Positions 1 to 9,200 of a stretch of 64,000 nt of DNA are shown here, one piece after another (the stretch's first letter is position 1; each line of letters starts with the position of its first letter). Both the position numbers and the translations under genes were made by a program. Below the pieces are notes generated by a model that was not told the origin of the DNA, ran no database searches, and worked only from the letters and a program-made list of their open reading frames with translations. Source of the DNA: a virus. Its lineage: Duplodnaviria > Caudoviricetes. Where the stretch lies: IMG/VR virus record IMGVR_UViG_3300041409_000610, positions 1 to 64,000 of that record; one strand, written 5' to 3'.

Positions 1-128
1 TCAACGAGGGGAACGACGGCCGGAAGGCGCGCAACCTCGGGGACCTCAAGATCGAGGGGACCCACTACGAACTGCTGGAAGCAGCCCTTTCCCACCAGGA
101 CGCCGATCCGTCCGACATCTTCATCTGA
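1..128 (+). CDS. 3' end of a phage protein truncated by the window edge
   Basis: Frame from base 3 reads NEGNDGRKARNLGDLKIEGTHYELLEAALSHQDADPSDIFI, TGA at 126-128; GC3-rich codons. Confidence 0.7.
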   Translation, partial: NEGNDGRKARNLGDLKIEGTHYELLEAALSHQDADPSDIFI

Positions 129-142
129 TCAAGGAGAACCCC

Positions 143-562
143 ATGACCGACGTCGCCCCCGTCGAGGAAGCTCCGCAGGAGCAGCCCGCCGCCGAGGAGA
201 CCCCCTGGTCGCCGTTCCCGGACCAGGACCCCGCCGTCTTCGACGTGAACAAGCCGCTGAACCAGGCGCAGCTGCACAACGAGCTGGAGAAGGCCCTGGA
301 CGTCCCGGTCCAGCTCTCGACCTCGCAGGCGCCCGGGGACACCGCCAGCACGCTGTGGCTGGTGCCCGGTGACGTCGACAAGGAGCAGGTGCAGGCGATC
401 ATCGACGAGCACGAGGCCAACCCCGAGTGGGGTGTCCCGAGCAGCACCCGCGACTTCCTCGCGCTGGTGCGGAAGGTCGTCGAGGACGAGAGCTACCGGC
501 TCGATCAGGACGAGATCCAGACCGCGCTGAAGGGGCTCATCACCCGGTCGCAGGGGGCGTAA
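143..562 (+). CDS. hypothetical acidic phage protein
   Basis: AAGGAG RBS before ATG; 139 aa; GC3-rich codons. Confidence 0.8.
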   Translation: MTDVAPVEEAPQEQPAAEETPWSPFPDQDPAVFDVNKPLNQAQLHNELEKALDVPVQLSTSQAPGDTASTLWLVPGDVDKEQVQAIIDEHEANPEWGVPSSTRDFLALVRKVVEDESYRLDQDEIQTALKGLITRSQGA

Positions 563-572
563 TCACCTGATC

Positions 573-608
573 ATTCAGGGCTACGGGTGCCTGTCCGTAG
601 CCCTGAAT
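573..608 (+). terminator. 14-bp perfect inverted repeat (terminator-like hairpin) overlapping a promoter-motif copy
   Basis: ATTCAGGGCTACGG (573-586) / CCGTAGCCCTGAAT (595-608). Confidence 0.6.
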
Positions 609-625
609 CTGGTGCCAATTTGCGA
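590..625 (+). promoter_or_regulatory. conserved bipartite motif, copy 1 (candidate late promoter)
   Basis: CCTGTCC-N17-GCCAATT-TGCGA immediately before the RBS of the 640 gene. Confidence 0.65.
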
Positions 626-639
626 CAAAGGAGGTAATC

Positions 640-798
640 GTGGAGCTGCTCGTTTTGATCTTGGCCATCCTCGCCGTCGCTGGCACCGCGCTGCACACCA
701 TCCTGTGGGCCACGGTCCCGAGCTACCGCAGTCCGCTGCTGTTCCATCTGGCAGCCCTCTGCGGCTTCGTGGCCGTGCTCGTGCTGGCACTGAAGTAG
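640..798 (+). CDS. small two-helix membrane protein (52 aa), absent from the ORF track
   Basis: AAAGGAGGT RBS then GTG; MELLVLILAILAVAGTALHTILWATVPSYRSPLLFHLAALCGFVAVLVLALK. Confidence 0.75.
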   Translation: MELLVLILAILAVAGTALHTILWATVPSYRSPLLFHLAALCGFVAVLVLALK

Positions 799-860
799 CG
801 CCGGGTGGGCCCCGACCCCCTGTAACTGCACGTCCGTCAGGTGACGAGGAGATTTCTGCC

Positions 861-1286
861 GTGCCGATGCGTCCGCTTCCGCGATGGCTGCACCTCTTCG
901 CCTACCTGTTCATGAGCGTCTCGGCCGTCATGTCGTTCTTCGTCCCGCTGGCCAGCTTCGCGCTGGTCAGCTGGAAGATCTACATCTACGTGTGGGCCGC
1001 GTCGCTGACCGTGGGAGGCCTCGTGGGTGTCCTGGGTGCATCCCTGCGAAACCTCGGCTTCGAGCTGGCGGCCATTACTCTGCTGCTCACCGGTTACGCC
1101 GCGTACACAGTGATCTTGTTCGCTCGCGGAGTGACCCTCGTTTCCGATCACCGGATGGCCGAGATTCCGGGCCTGATCTATGTCCTCTTCAGCACGCTCG
1201 CCCTGTGTCTGCTGCTGGTTCGGCGCTATGCCGAGCTGTGGACGATCTTTCACCACGCACCCCGTGTGCGAGGTGACGAGAAGTGA
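861..1286 (+). CDS. four-helix membrane protein (holin-like)
   Basis: GAGGAG RBS, GTG at 861 (or ATG at 867); four hydrophobic segments; GTGA overlap with the next gene. Confidence 0.7.
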   Translation: MPMRPLPRWLHLFAYLFMSVSAVMSFFVPLASFALVSWKIYIYVWAASLTVGGLVGVLGASLRNLGFELAAITLLLTGYAAYTVILFARGVTLVSDHRMAEIPGLIYVLFSTLALCLLLVRRYAELWTIFHHAPRVRGDEK

Positions 1287-1582
1287 GCCTTGAGCTGATC
1301 CTGGGCGCCGTCTTCGGCGGCGGCCTGGCCACCCTTATTGCCACGATGGCTAGGGTTATAGACGGTCGTCGCAAGGGGAAAATAGAGTCGGAAGACTCTG
1401 TTATCACCCGCTTGGAGGCCGAGAACCGGAAGGCCCGCGAGCGCGCCGACGAGGCCGAGATGGAGACCGAGGACTACCGCAAGAAGATGCATCAAGCCGA
1501 GGATGAGGCAGCTCGATACCGGCGACTGCTGATCCAGAACAACATCCCGATGCCCGGCGAGGAGACCGGCCATGTCCATTGA
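1283..1582 (+). CDS. N-terminal membrane anchor plus coiled-coil protein (lysis-cassette type)
   Basis: LILGAVFGGGLATLIA hydrophobic segment, then charged heptads RLEAENRKARERADEAE. Confidence 0.7.
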   Translation: MSLELILGAVFGGGLATLIATMARVIDGRRKGKIESEDSVITRLEAENRKARERADEAEMETEDYRKKMHQAEDEAARYRRLLIQNNIPMPGEETGHVH

Positions 1583-2501
1583 CCCGACGCTGACACCTCA
1601 GGCGAATCTGCTCGTCAACGAGCACAAGCGCCAGCGCTCCCGCGAGCGCTGGGACAGCTTCCTGGGCCGCCTGGGCATGGCAGGCCTCGGCGTAGCGCTC
1701 TTCGCCGCCATCTTCGCCATCCCCACGGCCAAGGTCGACGCGGTGACCCAGGAGAAGGACACCAAGAGCAGCCAGCTGGCCAGCGTCAGCCAGGTGGCGG
1801 GCACGACCTCGGACAAGAACACCGAGCTGTGCCTGCGCGGCGGCGCGGCGGCCAAGGAGATGGAGCAGGCCGGTCTCTGCGAGCTGGCCAAGCAGCTGAA
1901 GGCCGCCGTCGTCGCGGCCGCCCCCACTCCGCTCCCCGGCGCTCAGGGTGCCCAGGGCCAGCCGGGCACCGCCGGGTCGTCCGGGCGCGGCATCACCGCT
2001 ACCGCGATCGTGAGCGGGCACTTCCAGGTGACCTACACCGACGGGACCATCGAGGACAAGGGCTCGATCACCGGCGCGCCGGGCCCGACCGGGCGCAGCA
2101 TCACCAGCTCGATCATCAACAGCGGGCACCTGGTGCTGGTCTACTCCGATGGCAAGAGCGAGGACGTGGGCCAGATCGTCGGGAAGGACGGGCAGAACGG
2201 CGCAAACGGTAACGACGGCGCCCCGGGCAAGGACGGCGCCCCGGGGCGCGGCATCACCAGCATCACCACCGACGCCGGGCACCTGATCGTCGCCTACACC
2301 GACGGCACCACGACCGACCTCGGGCCGCTGCCCCAGGGCCCGCAGGGCAACGACGGCAAGCCTCCGCTGAGCTGGGTCGTGCACAATCCGGACGGCTCGA
2401 CGACGAACTGCCAGCGCACCGCGTCCTTCGACTTCCAGAACCCGACCTACGACTGCACGCGCACCGCCGCGTCCTCCGCAGGCCTGCTCGGCGGTCGCTG
2501 A
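1572..2501 (+). CDS. membrane-anchored collagen-like repeat protein
   Basis: N-terminal TM helix, Gly-X-Y stretches, three copies of GRxIT...GHxxVxYxDG; paired Cys near both ends. Confidence 0.75.
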   Translation: MSIDPTLTPQANLLVNEHKRQRSRERWDSFLGRLGMAGLGVALFAAIFAIPTAKVDAVTQEKDTKSSQLASVSQVAGTTSDKNTELCLRGGAAAKEMEQAGLCELAKQLKAAVVAAAPTPLPGAQGAQGQPGTAGSSGRGITATAIVSGHFQVTYTDGTIEDKGSITGAPGPTGRSITSSIINSGHLVLVYSDGKSEDVGQIVGKDGQNGANGNDGAPGKDGAPGRGITSITTDAGHLIVAYTDGTTTDLGPLPQGPQGNDGKPPLSWVVHNPDGSTTNCQRTASFDFQNPTYDCTRTAASSAGLLGGR

Positions 2502-2538
2502 GCTGTCACCCGCTCACCTCGCGCCGCCCAATGGGCGA
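2502..2538 (+). promoter_or_regulatory. conserved bipartite motif, copy 2
   Basis: GCTGTCA-N18-CCCAATG-GGCGA upstream of the protease gene. Confidence 0.6.
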
Positions 2539-2559
2539 GCAGGAACGAGGTGAGCGGGT

Positions 2560-3342
2560 GTGCTGAAAAAGCGGGCGATCGCCCAGATCATCGACGCGAT
2601 GGAGCATCCCCGGAAGGGGCTGATCCGCAACGCGGCGCGGCACGAGTTCCAGTACGAGCCACGGCGCGGGATGATCTACGCCCGATCGCGGATGATCTCG
2701 AACCGGGTGAACGACAACTGGGACGGTTTCCCGGCCGAGGAGATCGCCTCGGAGAAGCCCGGCTACGGCTGGCAGACCTTCTTCGGCAAGCCCGCCTTCG
2801 TCAACCACCACAACGAGAACCACCGCCGGGCGCGGGGCGTGATCGTGGACGCCGCGCTGCATCAGCACAGCCAGCCGGACGGCACCCCGGACATCTGGGT
2901 CGAGGGCCTGCACGAGATCGATGCCCAGACCTTTCCCCGGCTGGCGCGCGCCGTCCTGCTCAAGCGGATCGACAAGACCTCGATGGGGGTCGACGTCGAC
3001 TACTCGGTCTGCTCGGCCTGCGGGAACAAGGCCAAGGACATCTTCAGCTACTGCCAGCACATCCCGGGGATGAAGGGCAAGAAGTACTTCGCCTCCGGCG
3101 GGCCGGGCAAGTTCGTCTTCGAGGAGTGCTTCGGCCTGCGGTTCTTCGAAAACAGCCTGCTCGTCGAGGACCCTGCCGACCCCACCGCCATGTTCACCTC
3201 CGCGCCCGTCGCCGGGCCCGGTCTGGAGCACCTCACCGCCGGACTCCAGCGGACGGCCTCTCGCCGCGCGCCAGGCCGGTTCACCCCCGTTGAAGACCTC
3301 GGCCCCCGCTTCGCCGAGTGGTACGAAAGGACCCGCGCATGA
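2560..3342 (+). CDS. putative capsid maturation (prohead) protease with Zn-finger insert
   Basis: TFFGKPAFVNHHN...ARGVIVDA...TSMG (His/Ser pattern of prohead proteases), CSACG...CQH, ENSLLVEDPADPTA; first gene of the head module. Confidence 0.65.
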   Translation: MLKKRAIAQIIDAMEHPRKGLIRNAARHEFQYEPRRGMIYARSRMISNRVNDNWDGFPAEEIASEKPGYGWQTFFGKPAFVNHHNENHRRARGVIVDAALHQHSQPDGTPDIWVEGLHEIDAQTFPRLARAVLLKRIDKTSMGVDVDYSVCSACGNKAKDIFSYCQHIPGMKGKKYFASGGPGKFVFEECFGLRFFENSLLVEDPADPTAMFTSAPVAGPGLEHLTAGLQRTASRRAPGRFTPVEDLGPRFAEWYERTRA

Positions 3343-4418
3343 CCGGCCCGCTGCTCTCGCAGTTCATCCGGCGCGAAGCCGCGCGCTACAACCACCCGAG
3401 CGAGCACCCGTGGTTCAAGGAGAACCCGGTCCACTCCGACCACATCGTGGACCACTGGAACCAGGCCACGGACGACGAGAAGGCCCAGGGCAAGCGCTGG
3501 TACCCGGACGCGCACCTGGTGGCCAAGTCGATCGCCAAGCTCGCGCCGGTCCGGCCGGAGAAGCTCAACGACTCGGCGGCCTACCACGGAGCGCTGGCCG
3601 ACCACGAGCACCGCAAGGCGGCCGCCCAGAGCGCGGGCAAGCCGTTCAACGAGGAGCCGCCGAAGGAGCCGCACGACCTGCGGCACCCGCACGGCGACGC
3701 GCACCTGGGCGCCTCGATGCTGGCGATCTACAGCCCGCAGCAGGGCTGGGCGGGCAACATGCACAACGCAGCTCGCGTTCTGCACGAGGGCAAGGGCATC
3801 GGCGGCAAGGGCTCCGGCATGTTCGCCTCCAAGAGCCAGTCCGACTCGGCGGACAAGGTGCTCGCGGGCGGTCACATGCACGAGGCCGTGAGCGGCCCGA
3901 AGATCCGCGACTTCGGCCACCTGATCGAGCACGGCGGCGACGAGCACCCCGAGGGCCATCCCGACCACCAGTCGCACGTGGTCATCGACCGTCACGCCCT
4001 GGGGGTCGCGACGGGCAAGCGGCTCTCGAACGACGACTACGGCTCGGCGCCGGTGGCGGCCGCGTCCAAGCGCAAGGACGGCACCATCCCGCGCTCGGCG
4101 GGCTACGACCACGTGGTGAACGCCTATCACGAGGCGGGCAAGCGGATCTCCCAGTCGGAGGGCGAGCACGTCCCCGGGCACGCGGTGCAGGCCACCACCT
4201 GGCTGGTCCGCCAGCGGCTGAACCAGGAGGGCGAGAAGTCCGACACCGGCAACCGCGCCAACCTGAACAAGGGCCGCGACAAGGCGCGCAGCAAGGCCGA
4301 GACCGACTGGAGCGACTTCCGGAAGCAGCACCTGCCGGAGATGGAGCACGGCGGGCCGGGCACCGGCTACGTCAAGGAGTCCCGGCGAGGTGGTGCCAGC
4401 TTTCGCGCGGCCCCGTAA
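3339..4418 (+). CDS. conserved phage protein, putative HhH DNA-glycosylase-like fold (DUF7178-like)
   Basis: Motifs WYxxA...LAIYSPQQGWAGN...GPKIRDF...VVIDRHA...AVQATTW; ATGA overlap with the protease stop. Confidence 0.5.
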   Translation: MTGPLLSQFIRREAARYNHPSEHPWFKENPVHSDHIVDHWNQATDDEKAQGKRWYPDAHLVAKSIAKLAPVRPEKLNDSAAYHGALADHEHRKAAAQSAGKPFNEEPPKEPHDLRHPHGDAHLGASMLAIYSPQQGWAGNMHNAARVLHEGKGIGGKGSGMFASKSQSDSADKVLAGGHMHEAVSGPKIRDFGHLIEHGGDEHPEGHPDHQSHVVIDRHALGVATGKRLSNDDYGSAPVAAASKRKDGTIPRSAGYDHVVNAYHEAGKRISQSEGEHVPGHAVQATTWLVRQRLNQEGEKSDTGNRANLNKGRDKARSKAETDWSDFRKQHLPEMEHGGPGTGYVKESRRGGASFRAAP

Positions 4419-5121
4419 CGGGGTCCAGCACGTCGCCTACGGGGAGACGATCGCCCCGCCGAAGGTGGACACCCTGCGGGACGAGAACTGCCCGATCTGC
4501 GGCGAGGACAACGCCTACGACGGCCACCGCTGCTCGATCTGCGGGTACGTCGCGCCGCCGAGCCCGTTCAAGGACCCGGACCTGGGCATGGCCAGCCGGA
4601 TCGACCTGCGCGACCAGCAGGACCAGTTCGACGAGTCGATGATGGCCGACCCGGACCGGATGGCCGAGCAGCAGGAGGGCGGCACCCTCATCTGCAACAA
4701 CTGCGGCACCGAGTTCCCGCAGGAGCCGCCGGAGACCGTCGACACCGACGAGGCCGCGCCGGACGTGTCCGCCGAGGAGACCGAAGAGGGCGAAGGCGCC
4801 ACCGAGGGCGACATCTGCCCGGCGTGCGAGAACGGTCAGCTCGTGGCCCAGGACACCGTGGCCGACGAGGACGCCCAGGAAGGCGTGATCGACCCCGAGG
4901 AGGACCCGGACGCCGAGGGCGAGGGCAACCCGTTCGGTGGCGCGGATCCCGACGCCGACGAGGACCAGGACGGCGTCCCGGACGACGAAGAGGACCAGGA
5001 CGAGGAGGAGCCGCCCGGCGTGGCGGTGAAGTCCTCCGACGGCCCCGAGGACGAAGACGACGACGAGGATGAGGCCGACGATCAGCCTGTCTTCAAGCGC
5101 AAGCCCAAACCCAAGCAGTAG
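4390..5121 (+). CDS. acidic Zn-ribbon head-associated protein
   Basis: CPIC..CSIC and CNNC..CPAC pairs; very acidic C-terminal half. Confidence 0.65.
   Translation: MVPAFARPRNGVQHVAYGETIAPPKVDTLRDENCPICGEDNAYDGHRCSICGYVAPPSPFKDPDLGMASRIDLRDQQDQFDESMMADPDRMAEQQEGGTLICNNCGTEFPQEPPETVDTDEAAPDVSAEETEEGEGATEGDICPACENGQLVAQDTVADEDAQEGVIDPEEDPDAEGEGNPFGGADPDADEDQDGVPDDEEDQDEEEPPGVAVKSSDGPEDEDDDEDEADDQPVFKRKPKPKQ
5086..5121 (+). promoter_or_regulatory. conserved bipartite motif, copy 3 (in the last codons of the upstream gene)
   Basis: CCTGTCT-N17-CCCAAGC-AGTAG upstream of the 5155 gene. Confidence 0.55.
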
Positions 5122-5154
5122 AACCCCGATCATGGCGAAGGTGGAGATGTAACC

Positions 5155-6102
5155 ATGACCCGCACGGCACTGGCCGCACTGGCCGATCAGCAGAAGCTCA
5201 TCGAGAGCATCGAGGCCACTCACCGCAAGCAGGCCTCGGCGACGAACGACAGCCTGGCCAGCATCCTGGAGATCGTGAAGGACCAGCACGGCCAGATCGC
5301 CCGGCTGACGGCCGGTCTCCAGTACCTCTCGCGGTACGCGGGCATCGAGCCCCGGGTGGCCAGTGCGATGGGCCTGAAGCTCGTGCAGGCCGACGTGCAG
5401 AACCCGGCCCAGCCGATCCCCGAGCCGCCCGCCGGTCCGCCGACGCAGACCACGCAGGAGGTCAACACGCCGGAGGCCTTCGCCGACGTGCAGGCGCCGG
5501 GCCTGGTCCCGGGCTCGACCCAGGACGTGGCCGCCGACGTGACGACCACGAACTACACCCCGGGCGAGGACGTCCCCGCTCCGGCGGTGCACCAGCTGGT
5601 CGACGTCACCCAGCCGGTCGACGGCACCCAGACGCAGCGGCCGCTGAACGAGACCAAGACCGAGACCGACGTCCGCGTGGGCGACCCGATGAACCCGCAG
5701 CGGGCTTACCCGACCCAGCCGTGGATGCAGCCGCAGCGCACGACCGGCTCGGTGCAGAAGTCGGCCCAGGACATCGCCGACGACTCGGCGCTGCGCACCA
5801 TGGCGTGCATCCGGCTGGCCCGGCTCCAGATGCGGGCGGGCATCGCCACGGCGAGCGAGGGCGCGGTGTCGCCGGACTTCGAGATCGCCGGGAAGATCGA
5901 GAAGAACGCGTCCATGTCCATCGAGGAGATCGAGAGCCAGATCGCCACGCTGGACGCGGTCGTGAAGAAGCAGGCGGGCTCCGACGCCGCGCGCAACCAG
6001 CGCCTCGTGCCGAAGTCGGCGTCCGGCCGTCAGGCTCCGTCGATGGTGGGCGGCGGCTCGGCTGCGGTGTTCGACGACGACGCCGAAGGCCTCTTCATGT
6101 GA
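5155..6102 (+). CDS. putative scaffolding protein
   Basis: Between protease and capsid genes; coiled-coil ends, Pro/Gln/Thr-rich middle, acidic-hydrophobic C-terminus DDDAEGLFM. Confidence 0.55.
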   Translation: MTRTALAALADQQKLIESIEATHRKQASATNDSLASILEIVKDQHGQIARLTAGLQYLSRYAGIEPRVASAMGLKLVQADVQNPAQPIPEPPAGPPTQTTQEVNTPEAFADVQAPGLVPGSTQDVAADVTTTNYTPGEDVPAPAVHQLVDVTQPVDGTQTQRPLNETKTETDVRVGDPMNPQRAYPTQPWMQPQRTTGSVQKSAQDIADDSALRTMACIRLARLQMRAGIATASEGAVSPDFEIAGKIEKNASMSIEEIESQIATLDAVVKKQAGSDAARNQRLVPKSASGRQAPSMVGGGSAAVFDDDAEGLFM

Positions 6103-6118
6103 CCGGGTAGGCTCGCTC

Positions 6119-6154
6119 GAAAGGCCCCGAACTTCCCCGAGTTCGGGGCCTTTC
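6119..6154 (+). terminator. intrinsic terminator
   Basis: GAAAGGCCCCGAACT / AGTTCGGGGCCTTTC stem after the stop. Confidence 0.75.
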
Positions 6155-6166
6155 TCGTGTCATACG

Positions 6167-6204
6167 CCTGTTCAACCGCTCGGCGGAGCACAGCCAATGT
6201 GTGA
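6167..6204 (+). promoter_or_regulatory. conserved bipartite motif, copy 4 (longer spacer)
   Basis: CCTGTTC-N19-GCCAATG-TGTGA upstream of the decoration/capsid genes. Confidence 0.5.
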
Positions 6205-6274
6205 AGAGAGGGACGCAACCCGGCGGCGGGGAGCCCTCCACCAAAGAACCTCTTGCTGGAGGAGGGAAAGACAC

Positions 6275-6835
6275 ATGCTGAGGACCACGCTGGCCAACTC
6301 CTGGGCCAAGCGCACGCTGAAGCCGCTGTACGCGTTCTCCCAGAGCACCCCCAAGGCCGTGTTCCTGGACCCGGCGTGGATCGCGGCCCCGGCCGTGCCG
6401 ATCTACGCGGGGATGGCGATGGCGAAGACCATCGGTGACTCGGTGACGCTCGTCGGCGACGGAACCACCGGCCCCCTGGTGCCCTACGGCATCGCGGCGT
6501 TCATGGAGGGTGTCCCGGGCATCGAGTCCGAGATCACCAACCAGGGCGGCCCGAACCCGTGCGCTGTCTGGGTCCTGGGCCCGGACGCCGAGTTCGAGGT
6601 CACGGCCCCGGCCATGGACGCCTCGGCGACCTGGCTCGACCCGGGTACCGGCTTCCCCGCGCTGGTGTACGCGTACACCACGACCGCGAAGCGAGGCCAG
6701 CTCTGCCCCGTCGGCGCGGGCACCGTCGGCACCACCATCACCTCGAAGCCCGTGGCGCGTTTGCTGAAGGTGAGCGCCGCCAACAAGATCGTCATCGGCG
6801 GGCTCGACCCCAACTGGGCCAGCGACGTCGCCTGA
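6275..6835 (+). CDS. putative capsid decoration / minor head protein
   Basis: GGAGGAGGG RBS, ATG at 6275; beta-rich Gly/Ala/Pro protein directly upstream of the major capsid gene. Confidence 0.6.
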   Translation: MLRTTLANSWAKRTLKPLYAFSQSTPKAVFLDPAWIAAPAVPIYAGMAMAKTIGDSVTLVGDGTTGPLVPYGIAAFMEGVPGIESEITNQGGPNPCAVWVLGPDAEFEVTAPAMDASATWLDPGTGFPALVYAYTTTAKRGQLCPVGAGTVGTTITSKPVARLLKVSAANKIVIGGLDPNWASDVA

Positions 6836-6865
6836 TCTGGCGAGAGCAAGGGAAGGAACAGAACG

Positions 6866-7906
6866 ATGACCGCAGCTCTCGTCCAGACGCCGGGTCTGGT
6901 GGCGAACGGCCTGAGGAAGCAGGCCGCGCCGACCAAGTCCGACGACTACGTGGCCAAGCTGATCGAGCGCCAGGAGAAGCAGGGCAAGCTCACCTTCAAG
7001 GCGAAGACCGAGAAGCTGGCTCTGATCCTCCAGGACGGCACCAACGGCATCCGCCGTCTCGGTGTCGGCATGGTGGGCCCGATCCAGCTGAAGCTCCGCT
7101 ACCAGGGCATCACGCGCAACGTCCTCATGGAGGACCCGGTCACCCCGGGCACTCCGGTGGAGTACGACGTCTGGGATGACCTGGGCCAGGCGTACATCAT
7201 GTCCGGCCACGAAGGCGAAGTCAGGATCAACGCCTTCGAGGGCAAGCGTGTCCCGATCCGGTTCTACCGGATCGCCTCGTTCCCGGCGATCCGCAAGGAA
7301 GACCTCGTCTACCTGCGGATCAACGCCGTCGAGCAGGCCCAGGATGAGACGAAGCAGTCCATCCTGAAGCAGGAGGACTTCCGCCTCATGCTGATCCTCC
7401 AGGCGGCGGTGAACGACTACGCGAACCGCGCCGACCACGTGGTTACCCCGGACCACCGGGTGACCCAGGCCGGTACGCAGTTCACTCCGGCTGCGCTCTA
7501 CGCGGCGGTCTCCCAGACCGACATGCACGAGCTTCAGTCCTCGCGTCTGCTCGTCAACCCGATGGACTACCGGGACCTGTACAAATGGACGATCAACGAC
7601 ACCGGCTGGGCCTTCAAGGACCGCGTTGTCGCTGGTGAGAGCATCACCAGCTTCGGCGAGTTCCAGATCCAGCGGTCGATCATCGTCCCGCAGGGCACGA
7701 TCTTCCTGACCCCGGAGCCGAACTTCCTGGGTGTCTTCCCGGTGCTCTACTCGCTCGACGTCGAGGAGAACCACCAGGTCGAGTCGTTCTGGAAGGGCTG
7801 GGTGTTCGACGAGATGGTCTGCATGGCCATCCTGAACCCCCGTGGCCTGGCGACCATCACGAAGACGGTGAGCAGCACCCCGATCACGGTCCCGGCGGCT
7901 CCCTGA
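6866..7906 (+). CDS. major capsid protein
   Basis: 346 aa; MVGPIQLKLRYQGITRNVL...FYRIASFPAIRKEDL...GWVFDEMVCMAILNPRG resembles Bxz1-type MCP; followed by a strong terminator. Confidence 0.85.
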   Translation: MTAALVQTPGLVANGLRKQAAPTKSDDYVAKLIERQEKQGKLTFKAKTEKLALILQDGTNGIRRLGVGMVGPIQLKLRYQGITRNVLMEDPVTPGTPVEYDVWDDLGQAYIMSGHEGEVRINAFEGKRVPIRFYRIASFPAIRKEDLVYLRINAVEQAQDETKQSILKQEDFRLMLILQAAVNDYANRADHVVTPDHRVTQAGTQFTPAALYAAVSQTDMHELQSSRLLVNPMDYRDLYKWTINDTGWAFKDRVVAGESITSFGEFQIQRSIIVPQGTIFLTPEPNFLGVFPVLYSLDVEENHQVESFWKGWVFDEMVCMAILNPRGLATITKTVSSTPITVPAAP

Positions 7907-7924
7907 CCGACCTGATCAACAGAA

Positions 7925-7963
7925 CGAAAGCCCCGGTTTCCCACGCGGAGACCGGGGCTTTCG
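7925..7963 (+). terminator. intrinsic terminator after the major capsid gene
   Basis: CGAAAGCCCCGGTTTCC / GGAGACCGGGGCTTTCG stem. Confidence 0.8.
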
Positions 7964-7999
7964 CCTGTCGGTGGCCGGGGACGCGCTGCCAATTCGCGA
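7964..7999 (+). promoter_or_regulatory. conserved bipartite motif, copy 5
   Basis: CCTGTCG-N17-GCCAATT-CGCGA right after the terminator, before the 8026 gene. Confidence 0.65.
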
Positions 8000-8025
8000 A
8001 GGGCACCAGACGAAGGAGTTACCCG

Positions 8026-8490
8026 ATGACCAGCACCATGTTCGTGCGCAACAACCAGCCCGGCCCGACCGTCCTGGACGAGGAGGGCTTCGAGTTCCTC
8101 CAGTGGGAAGGCCACGGGAACCCGATGGGCGCCGACGTGCTGCCGGTGCCCTCAACCCTGGTCGACAACCACAACTTCCAGCGGGCCCGGATGCTCGGCA
8201 TCTTCGACGTGATCGAGGCCGACGAAGAGATCCAGGCCCTGCTCGACAAGACCAAGGCTGCCTGGCGGCGCCAGCAGAGCCAGCGCGCGGGCATCAACTT
8301 CGCGAGCCTCGGTCAGCTGCCCACCGAAGAGGGCACCGTCCCCCAGGAATTCGAGCAGCCGAAGCCCAAGATCGGTCCCGGCGAGCTGCCGAAGACGGTA
8401 GAGGTCGAGGTCGGCGTGGACACCGGCGACGAGACCGCGACTCCGCGCATGAAGACGATGCGCGTCTCCCTCGTCCGCAACGGGATCTGA
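8026..8490 (+). CDS. hypothetical virion-associated protein
   Basis: AAGGAG RBS; FVRNNQPGPTV...LQWEGHGNPMGADVLPVP; follows the capsid gene. Confidence 0.7.
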   Translation: MTSTMFVRNNQPGPTVLDEEGFEFLQWEGHGNPMGADVLPVPSTLVDNHNFQRARMLGIFDVIEADEEIQALLDKTKAAWRRQQSQRAGINFASLGQLPTEEGTVPQEFEQPKPKIGPGELPKTVEVEVGVDTGDETATPRMKTMRVSLVRNGI

Positions 8491-8552
8491 CCTCCCCTTC
8501 CTCAAGCTCGGGGCCTCGGACCTCGGGAAGATCATCAGCAAAGGAGCAGGGA

Positions 8553-9158
8553 ATGCCGACCGAGAAGTCCGAAAGCAAGCCGGAGACCACCGAGGACCCG
8601 GCCACCGACGAAGAGCACCCGCAGGACGCGCTGCGGCGCGAAGGCCTGCGCCTGAACCCGCAGTGGCAGACCGAGCACCTCGACACGACCGGCGGCGGCC
8701 CGGTGGACTTCAGCCGCACCCCGGCCTTCGAGGAGGCCCGCCAGCACGCGGTGCGCCAGGGCGCCCTGGCGGCCGACGCGGACTACACGCCGGACAACGT
8801 CGTGTTCTCCGACGACAGCGACGAGGCCGAGCGCCAGCGCGAGGCGGTGCGCAAGCAGGCGGAGGAGCTGCCGGAGGACGAGGCCGAGCGCCGTCCGCCG
8901 GGCTACGCCGACGGCATGGGTGGCCCGTACAACCAGGGCGTCGTGGCCGCCGAGGACGACGATCAGGCCTCGGCGAACGAGACCTCGACCCCCGTGGCCG
9001 CTCCGGCGACCAAGGCGACCGCCGAGGGCAGCGACGGCAAGGACTCGGACAAGACCGAGGCCAAGCCCACCTCCTCCAGCTCGCGCAGCTCCGGCTCGAC
9101 GACCACCAAGGCCGCCGCGAAGCCGAGCACCTCGACGAGCAGCACCGCGAAGAAGTAG
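8553..9158 (+). CDS. acidic low-complexity protein with Ser/Thr/Lys tail
   Basis: AAGGAG RBS, ATG at 8553 (MPTEKSESKPE...), in frame with the 7971-9158 ORF. Confidence 0.7.
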   Translation: MPTEKSESKPETTEDPATDEEHPQDALRREGLRLNPQWQTEHLDTTGGGPVDFSRTPAFEEARQHAVRQGALAADADYTPDNVVFSDDSDEAERQREAVRKQAEELPEDEAERRPPGYADGMGGPYNQGVVAAEDDDQASANETSTPVAAPATKATAEGSDGKDSDKTEAKPTSSSSRSSGSTTTKAAAKPSTSTSSTAKK

Positions 9159-9171
9159 GGCCCCCGAGGCA

Positions 9172-9200
9172 GGCCGGGTGGGCCCCTTCCCCACCCGGCC
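9172..9200 (+). terminator. hairpin after the 8553 gene
   Basis: GGCCGGGTGGG / CCCACCCGGCC. Confidence 0.55.

Noticed and set aside
2560-5121. Programmed frameshifts joining the protease, glycosylase-like and Zn-ribbon ORFs
   Set aside because: No slippery heptamer at either junction. Each downstream ORF has a plausible RBS and start.
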